The notes: generated from the letters alone by a model not told the origin. Positions 43,834 through 53,636 are shown, numbered from the stretch's first letter. The stretch: 64,000 bases of DNA from Acutalibacteraceae bacterium (GCA_045638145.1 JAZUAU010000027.1:70496-134495); one strand, 5' to 3'. Translations and numbers: made by a program.

Positions 43834-44673
43834 ATGTCAAGAAAATCTGTAAAAATCGTTGCAGACTCATCATCCGACCTGTTTTCTCTGGATTCCTTAG
43901 ATTTTGAAACTGCTCCGCTTAAAATAATAACAGCTTCAAAGGAATACACCGACGACCCCAATCTTGACGTAAAGGGTATGGTAGATGAGCTTAGCCGCTA
44001 TAAAGGAAAATCGTCAACCTCCTGCCCTAATGCCGGCGATTGGCTGAAGGTTTTTGGTGACGCGAAGGAAATTTTCTGCTTCACTATTACCGCTACACTT
44101 TCGGGCAGCTACAATGCTGCTTGCCTTGCAAGGCAGGAATATGAAGTGGCACACCCCGACCGCAAGGTTTTTGTTCTCAACACCCTTACCACAGGACCCG
44201 AAATGGCTCTTCTTATCGAAAAGACAAGGGAGCTTGTGCTTTCGGGCGCCGCTTTCGAGCAGATAACCGAGGCTGTTACCGATTATCGCCGTAAAACAGG
44301 GCTGATATTTATGCTCCAATCTATGAGGAATCTTGCCAACAACGGCAGGGTTAGCCCCCTTGTTGCAAAGGCAGCAGGTCTTCTCGGCATTCGCGTAGTT
44401 GGAAAGGCAAGCGAGCGGGGCGACCTGCAGCAGCTTGCCAAGTGTCGCGGCGAAGAGCATGCACTTGAAAACATTGTTTTGCAGATGGAAAAGGAGGGAT
44501 ATAACGGCGGTAAAATTAGAATTGCCCATTGTTTTAATGAAGATGCCGCAAATAAGCTTTCCTCTCTTCTACTTTCAAAATACCTAAACGCAGATATCAG
44601 AGTTTACCGCTGCGCCGCACTTTGCAGCTTTTATGCCGAAATGGGTGGTCTGCTCATCGGATTTGAAAAGTAA
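43834..44673 (+). CDS. DegV-family fatty-acid-binding protein (second copy)
   Basis: Internal Met 'MSRKSVKIVADSSSDL' and 'ITATLSGSYNAA'. AAAGG RBS. Confidence 0.8.
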   Translation: MSRKSVKIVADSSSDLFSLDSLDFETAPLKIITASKEYTDDPNLDVKGMVDELSRYKGKSSTSCPNAGDWLKVFGDAKEIFCFTITATLSGSYNAACLARQEYEVAHPDRKVFVLNTLTTGPEMALLIEKTRELVLSGAAFEQITEAVTDYRRKTGLIFMLQSMRNLANNGRVSPLVAKAAGLLGIRVVGKASERGDLQQLAKCRGEEHALENIVLQMEKEGYNGGKIRIAHCFNEDAANKLSSLLLSKYLNADIRVYRCAALCSFYAEMGGLLIGFEK

Positions 44674-44696
44674 TCTCCAAACTGTATATAAAATTA

Positions 44697-44718
44697 CCCC
44701 GACTAATGTTAGTCGGGG
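44697..44718. terminator. Hairpin between convergent genes
   Basis: CCCCGACTA-atgt-TAGTCGGGG. The T-runs are weak. Confidence 0.5.
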
Positions 44719-44734
44719 ATTATCATTTCTTATC

Positions 44735-45325
44735 TTATTTTGTCATCATTTCAACATAATTCTTTATAACCTTGATGCAGTTTTCTGCACCGAGCTTACC
44801 TGAATTAAGGGTGAGATCATAGTTTACAGGGTTGGTCCAATAATTTCCGCCGGTATAATATTTATAGTAATCTGCACGGAAGCGGTCGGTTTCGGTGATA
44901 AGGTCGTGGGCCTCAGCCTCGGTAACCTCCATTTTTTCCATTACATTTTTAAGGCAGACGGCACGAGGAGCCTCTATGTAAAAGCTGAAAACATTTTCCA
45001 TATCGCGAAGCACATAGTCGGCACATTTTCCAACGATAACGCAGGATTCCTTTTCGGCTAGATCACGGATTACCTTTGCCTGATGCTCAAAAAGAACATC
45101 GTTCGGCACAAAGGACGAGCTAAGAGTATCGAGAAGACTGTGCTTTACTATTCTTTCATCTGCCTCGGCAAACTTTGATCGGTCATAGCCGCTCTCTTCC
45201 GCCGCCATAGTCAGAATATCGTGCTCGTGACAAGGCACGCAGAGTTCTCGTGCGATTTCTCTTGCAATCTGCTTTCCGCCCGAGCCGAAACCACGAGCGA
45301 TGGTTATAACGAATTTTTTACTCAT
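44735..45325 (-). CDS. Cytidylate kinase-like family P-loop protein
   Basis: 'FVITIARGFGSGGKQIAREIAREL'. ATG after a GGAGG RBS. Confidence 0.7.
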   Translation of the reverse strand: MSKKFVITIARGFGSGGKQIAREIARELCVPCHEHDILTMAAEESGYDRSKFAEADERIVKHSLLDTLSSSFVPNDVLFEHQAKVIRDLAEKESCVIVGKCADYVLRDMENVFSFYIEAPRAVCLKNVMEKMEVTEAEAHDLITETDRFRADYYKYYTGGNYWTNPVNYDLTLNSGKLGAENCIKVIKNYVEMMTK

Positions 45326-45343
45326 ATATGAAACCTCCAAGGT

Positions 45344-46669
45344 TTATTCTTGTTCTTTAGTGGTGTTTTTGAAAACCTTAGCCCATCCGCCGTCGGTCTG
45401 TACCGAAGCTGTATCAAGCCCTGCCGCGGTGAGTTGCCCTAAAAGCGGGTCGCGGATTTCCTCATTCCAACCCATAATTTCTATAGCTTCAAGGTCGCTG
45501 CTAATGATTAACTTAGCAAGCGCATCTGTATCTCCCGCAAAGCTCACACCTGTTTTTGTAAAATACCAAGCGTCGATAGAATTGCAGACGGGAAGCATAT
45601 AGTTATAAGGCTTGCCCTCGAAAAGTTCCTGGTTGGTGAAATCATCAGGAGCAGGCTCAATCGTACGGGAGAAACTGATGCCGGGGTCGGTAAGATTGAA
45701 AAACTCATGACGCGTGCCAAGAATGTTGTCGTCAAAAGTGACATCAAGATGATACCACTTGCCGTCGAGCTCTACAAGATTCCACATATGTGGCTCCTGG
45801 GTAAAGCCAACAACAGGAAACGAACGTATGCCAAACTCATAAAGAAGCATCTGCATCGCCCTTGTGTACCCCTCGCAAACCGCATCGCCACGAACCAAAG
45901 CACCATATGCGGTGTAGGAGAGCACGTCGGGTGTTTCACTATAGGTTATAAGTTCACAGAGTATATCGTGAAGCTGAAGCTCAATTTCATAGGGGTCTGT
46001 AGCGGTAATCCTCGACTTGATTTTGTCTATTGCCTCGCGAAGTTCAACCTGCATAACCGCTTTTTTAGCCCTTTCCACAATGTAGGTTGCGGTAAGGCTT
46101 TCAATATCCTCTTCATTCTCGCCGTGCTCATTTATAAAAAGAATTGCCATATCTCCGTCGGCAATCTCGCCGATGCTCCAGGAATAGGGAAGCCAGAATA
46201 TATCTGGTCGGTCATTTTTAAGTGTTACGGCAATATGGTGAGCGTCACGCTCGGTAATTTCAGAGGCAGGACCAAGGCAGATATATCCGCTCGGCATAGA
46301 CTGAACCGCCTGGGCTAAAATTTCATAAGCCGCCTTCTGGGTGTCGGTCAGATTTTGATAACCGTAATAACACGCGGGCTCGAGGGGCTTCGGCGGGTCG
46401 GGCTTATCAGGGGGTGTCGGCGGGTCGTCGGGCGGTGTAGTGCTCGAAACCTCGCTCGAAGAAATATCCAAAGAAGAGTTCGAAGACACGGGGTCGGACA
46501 AGGTATTAGTTGAGGTATCCGAAGAGGTTACAGATGAAATATCCGAAGACGCAAAATCGCTTGCGACAGCATGGATAGTATCTCCCTCACCGCCCTTTGC
46601 GGCGCAGGCAACAAGGGATATTATTAATAAAATGGCTAAAAGCAAATACGCAGGTCTTCTCATCTTCAT
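45344..46669 (-). CDS. Transglutaminase-like (Cys-His-Asp) lipoprotein with Ser/Thr/Pro-rich linker
   Basis: Lipobox 'ISLVACAA'. 'GDAVCEGYTRAMQMLL', 'HMWNLVELDGKWYHLDVTFDD'. ATGA overlap with the upstream gene. Confidence 0.75.
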   Translation of the reverse strand: MKMRRPAYLLLAILLIISLVACAAKGGEGDTIHAVASDFASSDISSVTSSDTSTNTLSDPVSSNSSLDISSSEVSSTTPPDDPPTPPDKPDPPKPLEPACYYGYQNLTDTQKAAYEILAQAVQSMPSGYICLGPASEITERDAHHIAVTLKNDRPDIFWLPYSWSIGEIADGDMAILFINEHGENEEDIESLTATYIVERAKKAVMQVELREAIDKIKSRITATDPYEIELQLHDILCELITYSETPDVLSYTAYGALVRGDAVCEGYTRAMQMLLYEFGIRSFPVVGFTQEPHMWNLVELDGKWYHLDVTFDDNILGTRHEFFNLTDPGISFSRTIEPAPDDFTNQELFEGKPYNYMLPVCNSIDAWYFTKTGVSFAGDTDALAKLIISSDLEAIEIMGWNEEIRDPLLGQLTAAGLDTASVQTDGGWAKVFKNTTKEQE

Positions 46670-47292
46670 CCCTTTTCTATAGTAATGTTGCTTGCCATCT
46701 CGGCAAAGTATTCCGCCCAATCATAGCAAACCGTAAAATTTAAATTATTCTCCGTTTCTTTAATTATAAACTCAAAATCATCTGTAGACAACCCTATTTT
46801 TGAAATTTTTTCAAAAAAAGCTTCTGTTATGTTTTGGCGGGTGTCAAAGTCTGCCTTCTCAGAAAGTTTTTGACGGAGTGAGCCCGACAAATAGTTTCGT
46901 TTCGTGCCGCCCTCGGCAAAACTGATGCCACCAAGTCGGTCGCATAATGCCGCAAGAAATTCAGTATCAGCCACAAGGGTTTTATTCACACCGTATTGGC
47001 TTGCCGCCGCCTGTCCCTGAGGGTTGTCGTTATATATTTTTATATCAATTCGACGCGACCCAAAATCAAGATATAAAAGTGCGCCTGCTCCGTCATCAAA
47101 AAGGAGCAAAAGTGAGCAGTTGTCTACTCCCGAATAATACTCAACCCCGGAAACGAAATCATCGGCAGGGGTGGGTGTCGGTTCGGAATTGAGCTTCACC
47201 TCGGCTGGAAGCAGCAAAAGCCCCAAAAGAAAAAAGACTGAAAAAGAAAAAATGAGTGACAACAACACCGTAATAGTCGCACCTTTTTTCAC
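46666..47292 (-). CDS. Membrane-anchored hypothetical protein
   Basis: GTG start after a GGGGTGA RBS and an N-terminal TM. No recognisable motif. Confidence 0.5.
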   Translation of the reverse strand: MKKGATITVLLSLIFSFSVFFLLGLLLLPAEVKLNSEPTPTPADDFVSGVEYYSGVDNCSLLLLFDDGAGALLYLDFGSRRIDIKIYNDNPQGQAAASQYGVNKTLVADTEFLAALCDRLGGISFAEGGTKRNYLSGSLRQKLSEKADFDTRQNITEAFFEKISKIGLSTDDFEFIIKETENNLNFTVCYDWAEYFAEMASNITIEKG

Positions 47293-47533
47293 AAAATCAC
47301 CCCAAAAAGATTAATGTAGTTATTATACCCGAGAGCCAAAAAACATATACAACTAAAAAAGAAAAGCGCACCTTTGAACTGCTGCAAATTAAATCACGGC
47401 GAAGCCGTGGATGTAATTTATATTTCGTCTGCGAAGCAGACACCAAACTTCTTCACTATTACTTTTACTTATTACTTTAAAATCGACAAGGTTTATTTAG
47501 TGAAGAGTGAAGAAGTAAGAGGTAATAAGTAAA

Positions 47534-47567
47534 ATCGACAAGGCTCTGTTGAACCTTGTCGATTTTT
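47534..47567. terminator. Bidirectional terminator downstream of tRNA-Arg
   Basis: ATCGACAAGG-ctctgttgaa-CCTTGTCGAT flanked by an A-run and a T-run. Confidence 0.7.
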
Positions 47568-47643
47568 GGCCCGCTCGAAGGGATTTGAACCCCCGTTCTT
47601 CAGAATCGGAATCTGCTGCGTTATCCAGCTGCGCCACGAGCGG
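47567..47643 (-). tRNA. tRNA-Arg (anticodon CCG), encoded CCA
   Basis: On the reverse complement: acceptor CCGCTCG/CGAGCGG, anticodon loop TTCCGAT, T-arm GGGGG-TTCAAAT-CCCTT, 3' end GCCA. Confidence 0.85.
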
Positions 47644-47951
47644 AAATATTCACGGCTTTTGTATTTTACCACAATATATTCGAAAAATCAATTTTTATTA
47701 TTCCGTAATTCAAATATACTTAAACGGGCGATTACTGAATCTCTCTACTATTGCCACAAGAAAAACACCGTCGACTGTGCTTTTTTAATCAAGCTATTTT
47801 GTTCCATTTAATCCTTATTTTTAATTTCTTCAGGCGCTTATATTTCACCCTCTGTTTTTTCGGAGCCTTTAATAGCCTGTCTTATCAGATATAAGACTTC
47901 TGCATTTTCGCTGCGACCCTCATAGAAAATAAAGGTGTTAAAACCTTTTAC

Positions 47952-48275
47952 GTGGGTACGAACGGTGGCTTTGACCGCTTGGTGTTGAGCACGCTTCGAG
48001 CAGTCTCTAAAATATACAATATTAAATATTCGGTTGTTTTGGCATATCCCAATCTTAACAAGGAATATTACGATTACGAGATAGGAGAAATGCTGTACCC
48101 CGATATTTTTGAAAAAACACCCTTAAGATTTGCGACCGATAAACGAAACAGGTGGAAGATAAAACAATGCGATGTTGTGGTAACCTATGTAAATTCTTAT
48201 ATAGGCGGTGCCGCCAAATATGTTGAAATTTGCAAGAAAAAGCAACTACCAATCATGCGGCTTGGGAAAAAGTGA
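47952..48275 (+). CDS. SLOG/DUF1273-like protein lacking the usual N-terminal ~40 aa (possible gene remnant)
   Basis: 'GTNGGFDRLVLSTLRAVSKIYNIKYSVVLAYPN...DKRNRW...VVTYVNSYIGGAAKYVEICKKKQLPIMRL' resembles the C-terminal two-thirds of clostridial SLOG proteins. It has a GTG start, and an in-frame stop lies about 20 codons upstream. Confidence 0.45.
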   Translation: MGTNGGFDRLVLSTLRAVSKIYNIKYSVVLAYPNLNKEYYDYEIGEMLYPDIFEKTPLRFATDKRNRWKIKQCDVVVTYVNSYIGGAAKYVEICKKKQLPIMRLGKK

Positions 48276-48309
48276 AGAGGACCTTTCCCTCTTCACCTTT
48301 CCTTAAACA

Positions 48310-48340
48310 AAAGCAAGCTCCCTTTCGGGAGCTTGCTTTT
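48310..48340. terminator. Bidirectional terminator after hndD
   Basis: AGCAAGCTCCC-tttc-GGGAGCTTGCT with T-runs on both strands. Confidence 0.85.
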
Positions 48341-50098
48341 TTATTTTATGATGTCCTTAGAACGGTCAACATAAGAGGTGTGGAGAATCTCGTGAGCCTT
48401 ATGGCTACCGGGCTCGCCGAAGTACTCAGCGTAGAGAGCCTTAACAACCGGGCTTTCGTGAGATTTTCTGAGGGTATTAGCCTCGTCGTAGCTATAGAGT
48501 GCCTTTGCACGCTCAGCACGAAGGTCAATATTCTGACGAACAGAGGTGGGCTGAATGGGCTGACCGCCGCCGTTTACACAGCCGCCGGGGCAGCACATAA
48601 CCTCGATGAAGTGGTAGTTCTTCTCGCCGTTTTCAACAGCGGTAAGAACCTTATCAACCGCATCAAGACCGCTAACTACGCAGATGTTAACGTCCATACC
48701 TGCAACATTAAGGGTAGCTTCCTTAACAGCGTCGATTCCGCGAACTGCGTGGAACTCAACCTTATCGAGCTCCTTGCCCTCGAGAACCTCAGCAACGGTA
48801 CGGAGGGCAGCCTCCATAACACCGCCGGTTGCGCCGAAGATAACAGCTGCACCGGTAGACTCACCGAGAGGAGAGTCAAACTTCTCATCGGGGAGATTTA
48901 CAAAGTCGATTCGGGCCCTCTTAATCATACGGGCAAGCTCACGGGTTGTGATAGAAATATCAAGGTCAGGAACACCTGCTGCGTTCTGGTCGTCACGAGC
49001 AATCTCGAACTTCTTAGCAGTACAGGGCATTACAGATACAGAAACTATATCCTTAGGATCAAGGCCGTTCTTCTCTGCATACCAGGTCTTGATTACAGCA
49101 CCAAACATCTGCTGAGGAGACTTGCAGGAAGAAAGGTTGGGGAGAAGATTCGGATGATACATCTCGCAAAACTTAATCCATCCGGGTGAGCAAGAAGTAA
49201 TCATCGGGAGCGCGCCGCCGTTCTTTACACGACCGATAAACTCGGTTCCCTCTTCCATAATTGTAAGGTCAGCACCAACATTGGTATCGAACACCTTGTC
49301 GAAGCCGAGGCGACGGAGAGCGGCAACCATCTTGCCCTCAACACCGGTTCCGATAGCCATGCCGAACTCTTCACCGAGAGCGGCACGAACGGCAGGAGCG
49401 GTCTGAACGATAACGATCTTTGTGGGGTCGTTAAGAGCCTCAAATACCTTATCTGTATCGTCCTTCTCGCGGAGTGCGCCGGTGGGGCAGTTTACAATAC
49501 ACTGTCCGCAGGATACGCAGCCTACCTCAGCAAGACCAAGGTTGAAGCCGCAAGCGATATTGGTATCAATGCCGCGGTCGTTAGCGCCGATAACAGCAAC
49601 CTTCTGTGCCTTACAGGCGGCAACGCAGCGACGACAAAGGATACACTTATTATTATCGCGAATCATATGAGGAGCAGAGCAGTCGAGCTCGTATACCGGC
49701 TTCATACCGTCATACTTTGCCTCGTCGGTTACGCCGTAGTCATTACAAAGAGCCTGGAACTCACAGTTGCCCGAGCGAACGCAGGAAAGACACTTGCGCT
49801 CGTGGGTAGAAAGCATAAGCTCGAGGGTCATCTTTCTGGACTTCTGAACTTCGAGAGAATTGGTCTTAACTTCCATTCCCTCTGTAACAGGGTATACGCA
49901 AGCGGTAACAATTCTGAAACCGCGGCCTTCGTTTACCTCAACAACGCAGATACGGCAAGCGCCGATCTCGTTCATTTCCTTCATAAAGCAGAGGGTGGGA
50001 ATCTCGATTCCAACCTGACGAGCTGCTTCGAGGACAGTAGTACCAACGGGTACGGAGACATCCATACCGTCGATTTTTAAGTTAATCATCTTAGACAT
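48341..50098 (-). CDS. hndD: [FeFe]-hydrogenase catalytic subunit of an NAD(P)-linked multimeric (bifurcating-type) enzyme
   Basis: N-terminal 2Fe-2S and 4Fe-4S domains. H-cluster motifs 'TSCSPGW', 'MPCTAKKFE', 'EVMCCPGGCVNGGGQP'. Confidence 0.9.
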   Translation of the reverse strand: MSKMINLKIDGMDVSVPVGTTVLEAARQVGIEIPTLCFMKEMNEIGACRICVVEVNEGRGFRIVTACVYPVTEGMEVKTNSLEVQKSRKMTLELMLSTHERKCLSCVRSGNCEFQALCNDYGVTDEAKYDGMKPVYELDCSAPHMIRDNNKCILCRRCVAACKAQKVAVIGANDRGIDTNIACGFNLGLAEVGCVSCGQCIVNCPTGALREKDDTDKVFEALNDPTKIVIVQTAPAVRAALGEEFGMAIGTGVEGKMVAALRRLGFDKVFDTNVGADLTIMEEGTEFIGRVKNGGALPMITSCSPGWIKFCEMYHPNLLPNLSSCKSPQQMFGAVIKTWYAEKNGLDPKDIVSVSVMPCTAKKFEIARDDQNAAGVPDLDISITTRELARMIKRARIDFVNLPDEKFDSPLGESTGAAVIFGATGGVMEAALRTVAEVLEGKELDKVEFHAVRGIDAVKEATLNVAGMDVNICVVSGLDAVDKVLTAVENGEKNYHFIEVMCCPGGCVNGGGQPIQPTSVRQNIDLRAERAKALYSYDEANTLRKSHESPVVKALYAEYFGEPGSHKAHEILHTSYVDRSKDIIK

Positions 50099-50116
50099 AA
50101 CAGTTATCTCCTTTCC

Positions 50117-51943
50117 TTAACCCTTAGAAATAGCCTTAAACTTACAGGTGCCAACACAAGCGCCGCACTTAACGCACTTAGCAGGGTCAATCTCATAAGC
50201 GGGAAGCTTCTTGCCGGGTGCAATGTAATCGGTCTTGGTGATTGCATCTGCAGGACACTGTCTTGCGCACATTCCGCATCCGATACACTTATCCTTATCA
50301 ATGGAGAAGGTAAGGAGACTCTTACATACGCCTGCAGGACACTTCTTATCTACGATATGAGCAACGTACTCATCCCTGAAGAAGCGGAGAGTTGAAAGTA
50401 CAGGGTTTGGAGCGGTCTGACCAAGTCCGCAAAGAGCGTTCTTCTTTATGTAATAGCAAAGCTCTTCCATCTTGTCAAGGTCTTCGAGTGTGCCCTTGCC
50501 CTCGGTAATCTTATTAAGCATTTCAAGAAGTCTCTGGGTACCTACACGACAGGGTGTACACTTACCGCAGGACTCGTCAACGGTGAACTCGAGGAAGAAC
50601 TTAGCGATGTCAACCATACAGCTGTCTTCGTCCATAACGATAAGTCCGCCCGAGCCCATCATAGAGCCGATAGCAAGGAGGTTATCGTAGTCAATCTCGA
50701 TGTCAAGATGCTCAGCAGGGATACATCCGCCGGAAGGACCACCGGTCTGAGCAGCCTTGAACTTCTTGCCGTTCGGGATGCCGCCGCCGATTTCTTCTAC
50801 AATCTGGCGCAGTGTAGTTCCCATAGGAACCTCAACAAGACCTGTGTTCTTGATGTTACCGCCAAGTGCAAATACCTTAGTACCTGCAGACTTTTCGGTT
50901 CCCATAGAACGGAACCAATCGGGTCCCTTGAGGATAATCTGAGGAATGTTTGCATAGGTCTCAACATTGTTGAGAACTGTGGGCTTGCCGAAAAGACCCT
51001 TAACTGCCGGGAAGGGAGGACGGGGTCTAGGCTCGCCGCGGTGACCCTCGATAGAGGTCATAAGAGCGGTTTCCTCACCGCAAACGAATGCGCCTGCGCC
51101 AAGGCGGATTTCCATGTCAAACTCAAAATCGGTTCCGAAAATATTCTTTCCTAAAAGACCGTATTCGCGAGCCTGATTGATTGCGATGCCAAGACGAGAA
51201 ACGGCAATCGGATACTCAGCACGAACGTAAACAAAGCCCTTGTTTGCGCCGATAGCGTAAGCTGCGATAGCCATAGCCTCGATAAGAGCGTGGGGGTCAC
51301 CCTCAAGAAGCGAAGGCTCCATGAATGCACCCGGGTCGCCTTCGTCGGCATTACAAGCAACGAACTTCTGGTCAGCATCCTTAACGAGGTTGCGAGCGAG
51401 CTCCCACTTCTTACCGGTGGGGAAGCCTGCACCACCGCGTCCGCGAAGCCCCGAAGCGAGGATAGTAGCGATAACCTCATCGGGTGTCATCTCGGTAAGA
51501 ACCTTACCAAGAGCTGCATAACCGTCCATTGCGATATACTCTTCAATATTTTCGGGGTTGATAACACCGCAGTTTCTGAGAGCTACGCGCTTCTGTGCGC
51601 GGTAGAAAGCGGTATCGTTAAGGGATGCATGCTCAGGCTCAATGTGAGTAGCATCACCGGTATCGTTGTAAACAAGGCGTTCAACAACGCGGCCCTTGAG
51701 AAGATGCTCGGAAACGATTTCCGAGACGTCCTCGGGCTTAACCTGTGAATAGAATGTTCCGTCGGGGTGAACGATAACGACCGGACCAAGAGCGCAAAGA
51801 CCGAAACAACCGGTCTGAACAATCTTTACTTCCTCGGTAAGTCCCTGACTTGCCAGAGCATCGTCAAATGCCTTCTGAATGGACTTGGAGCCCGAAGATG
51901 TACAGCCTGTACCGCCACAAATCAGTACGTGTGCACGAATCAT
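50117..51943 (-). CDS. hndC: NuoF-like flavoprotein subunit (FMN/NAD(P)H, Fe-S)
   Basis: 'GLRGRGGAGFPTGKKW', 'ESCGKCTPCRVG', and C-terminal 2x[4Fe-4S] 'CIGCGMCARQCP...CVKCGACVGTC'. Confidence 0.9.
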   Translation of the reverse strand: MIRAHVLICGGTGCTSSGSKSIQKAFDDALASQGLTEEVKIVQTGCFGLCALGPVVIVHPDGTFYSQVKPEDVSEIVSEHLLKGRVVERLVYNDTGDATHIEPEHASLNDTAFYRAQKRVALRNCGVINPENIEEYIAMDGYAALGKVLTEMTPDEVIATILASGLRGRGGAGFPTGKKWELARNLVKDADQKFVACNADEGDPGAFMEPSLLEGDPHALIEAMAIAAYAIGANKGFVYVRAEYPIAVSRLGIAINQAREYGLLGKNIFGTDFEFDMEIRLGAGAFVCGEETALMTSIEGHRGEPRPRPPFPAVKGLFGKPTVLNNVETYANIPQIILKGPDWFRSMGTEKSAGTKVFALGGNIKNTGLVEVPMGTTLRQIVEEIGGGIPNGKKFKAAQTGGPSGGCIPAEHLDIEIDYDNLLAIGSMMGSGGLIVMDEDSCMVDIAKFFLEFTVDESCGKCTPCRVGTQRLLEMLNKITEGKGTLEDLDKMEELCYYIKKNALCGLGQTAPNPVLSTLRFFRDEYVAHIVDKKCPAGVCKSLLTFSIDKDKCIGCGMCARQCPADAITKTDYIAPGKKLPAYEIDPAKCVKCGACVGTCKFKAISKG

Positions 51944-51967
51944 AATGTATACCTCCTAAAAGTTTGC

Positions 51968-52327
51968 TTACTTAATTGTATATTCTTCGATGACCTTGCC
52001 GTTTTTCAGGTGCTTTTCGATAACCTCGGCTGCCTTTTCGGGGTTCATCTTTACATAAGTAACCTTTTCCTTGCCTGCCTCGTAGATTTCTACAACAGGC
52101 TCATACTGACAGATGCCTATACAACCGGTCTGTGTAACTGTAACGTTAGCAGTAAGTCCTGCATTGTTGATTCCCTCAACGAAAGCCGAAAGAACGGGTC
52201 TGGCACCTGCTGCAATTCCGCAGGTAGCCATTCCGACAACAACGCGAGTCTCGTTGCTACCCTCACGGATAACGACCTTGTCCTTCATCTTGTCTCTGAT
52301 TGCTGCGAGTTCTGCCAATGACTTCAT
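51968..52327 (-). CDS. hndB: Small thioredoxin-like [2Fe-2S] ferredoxin subunit
   Basis: 'VVVGMATCGIAAGA...QTGCIGICQYEP'. Confidence 0.8.
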   Translation of the reverse strand: MKSLAELAAIRDKMKDKVVIREGSNETRVVVGMATCGIAAGARPVLSAFVEGINNAGLTANVTVTQTGCIGICQYEPVVEIYEAGKEKVTYVKMNPEKAAEVIEKHLKNGKVIEEYTIK

Positions 52328-52356
52328 AGTGGATTCTCTCCTTTTATAGTGAACTT

Positions 52357-52902
52357 TTATTGATTATATTGCTCATTGAGATAGTCTTTAATCCAAAGGA
52401 TTACCTCAATGTTGTTAAGGGGTAGGTCTCCGAGAACCGTTTTAAGCTCTCGGGTGTCGAGCTCTACTCTGTTTTCTGCCATTTGGTGAATAAAGAGGAA
52501 CTCTCGGTCGGGGTTACACTGAATAAGTGTTACCACCGTTTCGACCATGTTGCCGAGTGGCACCATATCGATGTGATTTTTGAAGAATAAAGCCGTAGTG
52601 ACGGTACCGTGAGAGTCGGGGTAGTCCTCAAAATGCTTCGAGGTTATCTCGACCCTGCCCCCTGTTTGTTCCGCCGCCATTTTGAGCAGCGGTATTCCGA
52701 GGCCGACGGGTCTTGTCGTTCTCGTCGTTGTGAAGGGGTCGGTCACACTCTTTAAAAAATCGGGCTTCATTCCCGTACCGTCATCCGAAATCGAAAACTT
52801 AATGGCATCAGCCGTTTCGGTTATTTCGATTTTTATTAAAGTTGCTTTTGCTTTAATGGAATTTTCGGCAATATCAAGTATATTCAGAGATAATTCTTTC
52901 AT
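52357..52902 (-). CDS. GHKL/HATPase_c-only ATP-binding protein
   Basis: 'LNILDIAENSIKA', 'SDDGTGM', 'GLGIPLL'. Confidence 0.75.
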   Translation of the reverse strand: MKELSLNILDIAENSIKAKATLIKIEITETADAIKFSISDDGTGMKPDFLKSVTDPFTTTRTTRPVGLGIPLLKMAAEQTGGRVEITSKHFEDYPDSHGTVTTALFFKNHIDMVPLGNMVETVVTLIQCNPDREFLFIHQMAENRVELDTRELKTVLGDLPLNNIEVILWIKDYLNEQYNQ

Positions 52903-53636
52903 TTTTCTCCCCTCAGATACTTAAATAACTGTGCTCTGACAAAATCGCTCGAGTAGGGCTCGTCGTCGAGTTCAATACTGTCCTCGGCATCACGCAGGTC
53001 CCAAAGGTAATGGGCATCTGAACCCGTGAGGCATATTTTGTCCTTTAAATGCGGAAAACGGTCTTCATATTCAGCTCTGCCTGAAAGATTGTGAAGCTCA
53101 AAAGCACCGAAATCGCTTTCCTCGGGGAAAACGCCGAGAATAGACACGATTCCGTTAGCCGTGCGGTCGATATGTGCGGGAAAACACACTCCGCCAAAGC
53201 TCTTTACCAGCTTGGGCACATCCTCAACCGAAATATCGGTTGCGTTTGATAAAACGTAATCAACCTCACCGAGGATATTATCCTCTTCGTCCATTATCTG
53301 CTGATGCCCGTAAATCTGGGGGCGGTTTTTTATCTTTACAATATGCTTTTCGATTTCCTCCGAAAAGCCCATCGCCTCGTGAAGTTTTTCGAACAGGCAA
53401 ACAACGTGAATGTCCTCTGCTGTGGTAAGCTCCATACCTGCAACACCGATTATGCCGTATTGTTTTGCTGCCCTTAAAAAAGCGGGACAGTTTCGGGCGG
53501 TGTTGTGATCGGTCAGGGCTACGATATTAAGTCCTGCCAGGGTTGCCGCACCTGCAATATTAGCAGGGGTCATATCGTCATCTCCACAAGGAGAAAGGCA
53601 GGAATGAATATGAAAATCGTAATAATAGCGGCTCAA
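52899..53636 (-). CDS. PHP-domain phosphoesterase
   Basis: 'YYDFHIHSCLSPCGDDDMTP', 'LTDHNT', 'GSDAHY'. Confidence 0.8.
   Translation of the reverse strand: MSRYYYDFHIHSCLSPCGDDDMTPANIAGAATLAGLNIVALTDHNTARNCPAFLRAAKQYGIIGVAGMELTTAEDIHVVCLFEKLHEAMGFSEEIEKHIVKIKNRPQIYGHQQIMDEEDNILGEVDYVLSNATDISVEDVPKLVKSFGGVCFPAHIDRTANGIVSILGVFPEESDFGAFELHNLSGRAEYEDRFPHLKDKICLTGSDAHYLWDLRDAEDSIELDDEPYSSDFVRAQLFKYLRGEK

Noticed and set aside
48230-49189. 319-aa plus-strand ORF and other ORFs overlapping hndD/hndC (for example 49667..50080 and 51767..52321)
   Set aside because: They are antisense to genes with unambiguous H-cluster and NuoF motifs, and they have no independent translation signals.
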